NCBI GenBank assembly: GCA_002633005.1
Contig: NMRA01000340.1
Span: 357,435-421,434 of the forward strand
Source of the DNA: Phoronis australis
Taxonomy: Eukaryota > Animalia > Phoronida
Reading direction: 5' to 3'
Length of the DNA stretch: 64,000 bases
Below the pieces are notes generated by a model, which searched no databases, had not been told where the DNA came from, and saw nothing but the letters and a program-made list of their open reading frames with translations. Positions 61,501 to 64,000 of this stretch are shown piece after piece. Made by a program: the position numbers and the translations under genes. The number at the start of each line of letters is the position of its first letter. The stretch's first letter is position 1.

Positions 61501-64000
61501 TCCATCCTCGCCCACACAACTAGTCTTCCTAAAGTTGCCACAATGCAGGGTGTCCCCCCAAACGACTCAATAATGTAATCTACAAATGCCCGACAATATG
61601 GCTATCTATTGTCTTAAAGCATTGGACTCCTCTACTCCTTCCTCTCTCTGCGTAATATGGGGTCCATCGCCAATATGAAAAGGATGATCGAGATAGCGCA
61701 CCCTGTAAGAGTTCGTTTCTCTAGCTTCTGCTGCTCTGTAGTGAAATTAGAGGTGGTAAGTCTCATTCTGATTGAATTAAGGTAAGACTCGATCATGGCG
61801 CTAATTCTGTTAGTAAAAGGGTGCGTAGACATTCCTTCCCTCGTCAGCGCATGTGAGACTTATCCGTAGACATTAGGTATTTCTTGCCAAACCATTGAGA
61901 CGCTCCTCTTACCCGAATTTGCTTGGTGTATCAGTTGCATCGTGGCAGTGTTGCGCTCTAGGCAGCCAGAGTGGCCAGGCAATCCGCCCTTTTGTATAGA
62001 GGTATCAATGTCACTGTTTTTCAGCATGTAGCTGGTTATCCTGCTTGACAGAACAGGTATTAAGACCTTGGCTTCTACACTAAGTAAGGAAATGAGTCGA
62101 AACTGCTTGATGCCTTTTGAATCCTCTTCCTTGGGCATGTTACATCCATTTACTAGAATCCATTTCACAGTCAACGCCCCTTCCTTCCATACAATTCTGA
62201 ACAGACTCCATGTTATGTGCAGCGTAGGGAAATTCTTGTATACCTAACATGATAATCCTCTTGGTGCTGGTGCTGACGTCGTGGTCGCTCTCATGACAAC
62301 CACTTCTACTTCGGCTTTCCTGATGTTTCACATGCCAAACTCATTCTCTGGTAGTGCCGGATTATCCGTCCACTCGAACTGACTTACGATTCTTCCAGTC
62401 GCGGATCGTTATGGGCTACATCCAGATGTGTCTGTAACTCTTCTTTCGTGTTCTTAAGAATAACGCTACGCGCATATTCTAGAAGCTAGGGTGTGAACTC
62501 GTATCGCACGAGTTTCATGTAAACATTTTCCATTCGCGTCTCTTCTCTCTGTGCTTCTTTGCTGCTGCTACCGCCTTTCACAGTTTGATGAGCTCCTTCA
62601 TTGCGTTATCCCTTAACTCCCCCAGTCTTCCCTTCTCAGCTTCACTGGCTGACTTCACCTGACTGTCTTTCTGTAGGGCTGTTATTCTTAGTTGCCTTCT
62701 ATTCGGTCGCCTTCCTCGTTGCCTGGTTACCTGGTTACTCTTCACACCAAATCGTCCTACACAAATGCCGTAAAATATTGTCGCCATTGTTTGTTGAGCG
62801 AGGACTGACTTAATTTATAAATTTGAATACTCTGCGGACGCCGGTATATATCCCACTCATGGTAAATCAACGTATGTTGGTCTCACTGCTTGCTCTAGTC
62901 GCTGTCACGTGGGTTAAGTTTTTGTTTGCAAAGTGGTTCATTCAATGATAATTTTCTTCAAGCTCACGGTTTCCAAATTACTCGTACTCATATAGTAGAA
63001 AACACTTTGTATTTTGGGAGTGACCCGTCACGTCTACGGATTTTAGAGGGACTCGTCATTCTATTTGAAAAACCTAGTTTCAAGACACTGGCCTCAGACC
63101 GATTTTGAAGTTCTATGCTGAGTCTCCATTGTCGTAGTCTTAGTTTCATTTAGTGACTTTGTGTCCCCGGTACTTTTGTAATTAGCTTAATGTTTAAGAA
63201 GCATGTGCACTTGAATCCAATTTTTGCACCTTTTGCGAATTCATTCTTGTTAGTGTTCCCTTCAGTGCACATGATAGTCTGACGTACTGGAATATGCTTA
63301 CTAATGTTTTTACCGCGTGAAATCATTTTTCCAACACTGGCGTTTCGAGATATACATGTACAGAGAACTGCCTCCTCGAGTTGTAAAATTTTGAGCGAGG
63401 GTTTGCTTCCCAACCATGCTTACAGTGTATACACATGTATGGAATTAGGAGCGAAAATAGATGGTACGTTTTCTTTTTTAGTAATTTATGTTACTTAATC
63501 CATTGTTTGTCCAAATATGCTTGTCTGTGTATATCGTTACCCGTGTACAGCTTTCTATATGCATTCTAGTGCAAATACATGTGTATGTAAGAGTGCAATA
63601 CAGTATTCGTTGTAAAGCAATTTTAACCACGTGTCGTGAACATAATTACGCTTAGATTCAAACACACTTTGAACAGGTTGGTATTTACATCTATACACGT
63701 ATTAGATGACATTGAGATTTACGCAATTTGATCACGTTTAGAGTCGCGCAAATTTTGATCAGGTAACACACCACACGTTTAGATTTCGTTGAGATTGAAA
63801 CAGTTCTGCCACATGGAGATTCACACTCGCTATGCTCACCTAGGCGTGGATTTACTGAATATTCAGGCATATTCCATTTTTCACAGGTGGGGATGGCTAG
63901 GCTTCAACTGTGGCAGCACGTTTGGCATTTCCGGCGGAAAGTGGAAACTTGCAGCACGCGCAGCCGTAGTTACAGGAATCTCATCCATGTCCGGGGGTGC
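33349..64000 (+). CDS. amt: Ammonium transporter Amt-B, 3'-partial: join(33349..33451,52931..53477,63887..>64000)
   Basis: Same motifs, intron positions and phases as Amt-A; exon 2 is also exactly 547 nt; no stops or frameshifts in the visible part. Confidence 0.93.
40930..41030. repeat. Palindromic element (about 100 bp)
   Basis: tctgatataac..ttttgagaaccagttt vs aaactggttctcaaaa..gttatatcaga. Confidence 0.65.
45788..47145 (-). mobile_element. Non-autonomous Helentron-associated interspersed element (HINE/DINE-1-like)
   Basis: On the minus strand: 5' hairpin TACTCTGCGC-N6-GCGCAGAGTA, (TTATTC/TTC)n microsatellite, about 2.5 tandem units of ~433 bp, subterminal inverted copy (actctgcgcgtg at 45824 on +), 3' stem-loop TTATTGTCAC-GCC-GTGACAATAA and CTAGT end. 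Confidence 0.8.
47853..48100 (+). mobile_element. tRNA-derived SINE, near full length
   Basis: A-box-like tgaccgagtgg and B-box-like gtttgagtcc, followed by a body shared with 26680 and 54090. Confidence 0.75.
50237..51887 (+). mobile_element. Kolobok-type DNA transposon, non-autonomous deletion derivative
   Basis: TTAA|AGGAGAATGCCAC ... GTGGCATTCTCCT|TTAA (13-bp perfect TIR, RR..YY ends, TTAA TSD) with a THAP frame near the left end. Confidence 0.88.
50398..50727 (+). pseudogene. THAP zinc-finger N-terminus of the Kolobok-type transposase (no DDE core)
   Basis: CIVPAC...FFRLP...W...RVCRRHF is the C2CH THAP signature; no in-frame ATG before the first Cys (ORF called from GTG). Confidence 0.8.
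52931..53477 (+). CDS. amt: Amt-B coding exon 2 (547 nt)
   Basis: Acceptor gtattttcag|GA, donor TG|gtagg; lies within ORF 52906..53481. Confidence 0.97.
54090..54312 (-). mobile_element. tRNA-derived SINE, minus-strand copy
   Basis: Reverse complement tgtggcctagtgggataag..ggagcgcactgctaaacccttaagtcag..actcctcagctcggt..ctggtacaacgtgtaccagac matches the 47853 copy. Confidence 0.75.
55916..57010. other. Near-identical duplication across a single N (55916-56239 vs 56241-57010); likely two haplotypes joined by the assembler
   Basis: Copies look identical by eye except one SNP (ccggtg/ccagtg) and a 446-bp indel (56334-56779); N at 56240 sits exactly at the junction. Confidence 0.85.
57936..58969. 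mobile_element. Foldback-like element with long modular inverted arms
   Basis: tatgacggacggaaagggcaaaaattatgaa vs ttcacaatttttgccctttctgcccctcata; arms built from ~20-bp AT-rich repeats (tattttgtgaattcaact / agttgaatttacaaaata). Confidence 0.7.
58469..58537. repeat. (AC)n microsatellite
   Basis: Directly visible, about 34 units. Confidence 0.98.
59174..59330 (-). mobile_element. MITE family 2 (157 bp, TSD GTTAC)
   Basis: gttac|cagcagcagatccag ... aaaccgccactg|gttac; reverse-complement homolog of 30503-30659. Confidence 0.8.
59560..59700 (+). mobile_element. Short Penelope-like element relic (post-RT region)
   Basis: LPFSLVRSLRICDPDQLFFKHLGSLTSKFTVTG resembles the PLE motif IPYSQ..R.RRICS....F...L..L...F..RGY. 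Confidence 0.45.
60420..62900 (-). mobile_element. Degenerate HERO-clade (R2 group, RLE-type) non-LTR retrotransposon
   Basis: Broken frames: KQFRLISLLSVEAK..RITSYMLKN..IDTSIQKGGLPGHSGCLE, TGCAISIILFILAM (RT); RPDI..VTIPWETRIKEAQQAKNLKY (RLE); EAEKACRWTWLK C-terminus. Confidence 0.85.
63887..64000 (+). CDS. amt: Amt-B coding exon 3, runs off the window end
   Basis: Acceptor tttttcacag|G; translates WGWLGFNCGSTFGISGGKWKLAARAAVVTGISSMSGG. Confidence 0.95.
   Translation, partial: MGMARLQLWQHVWHFRRKVETCSTRSRSYRNLIHVRGC

Overview
AT-rich invertebrate (metazoan) genomic DNA, not prokaryotic. It carries two tandem, same-strand, intron-containing ammonium transporter (Amt/Mep family, invertebrate Amt3-like) genes. 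Amt-A is complete (6 coding exons, 5612-26634, about 516 aa). Amt-B has exons 1-2 and the start of exon 3 (33349 to beyond 64000) with the same intron positions. Introns and intergenic DNA are full of mobile-element relics: an ISL2EU-type element (AT TSD), a THAP-bearing Kolobok-type element (TTAA TSD), a Helentron-associated element, a HERO-type RLE retrotransposon, CR1/L2-like LINE ends, a tRNA-derived SINE family, two MITE families with 5-bp TSDs and several palindromic elements. There is one 121-nt assembly gap and one single-N junction that appears to join two alleles differing by a 446-bp indel. I found no convincing new biological system. The best leads are the Amt paralog pair, the sorting motifs in the Amt-A tail and an excess of the palindrome TACATGTA. 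Family assignments come from motif recognition by eye, not database searches.
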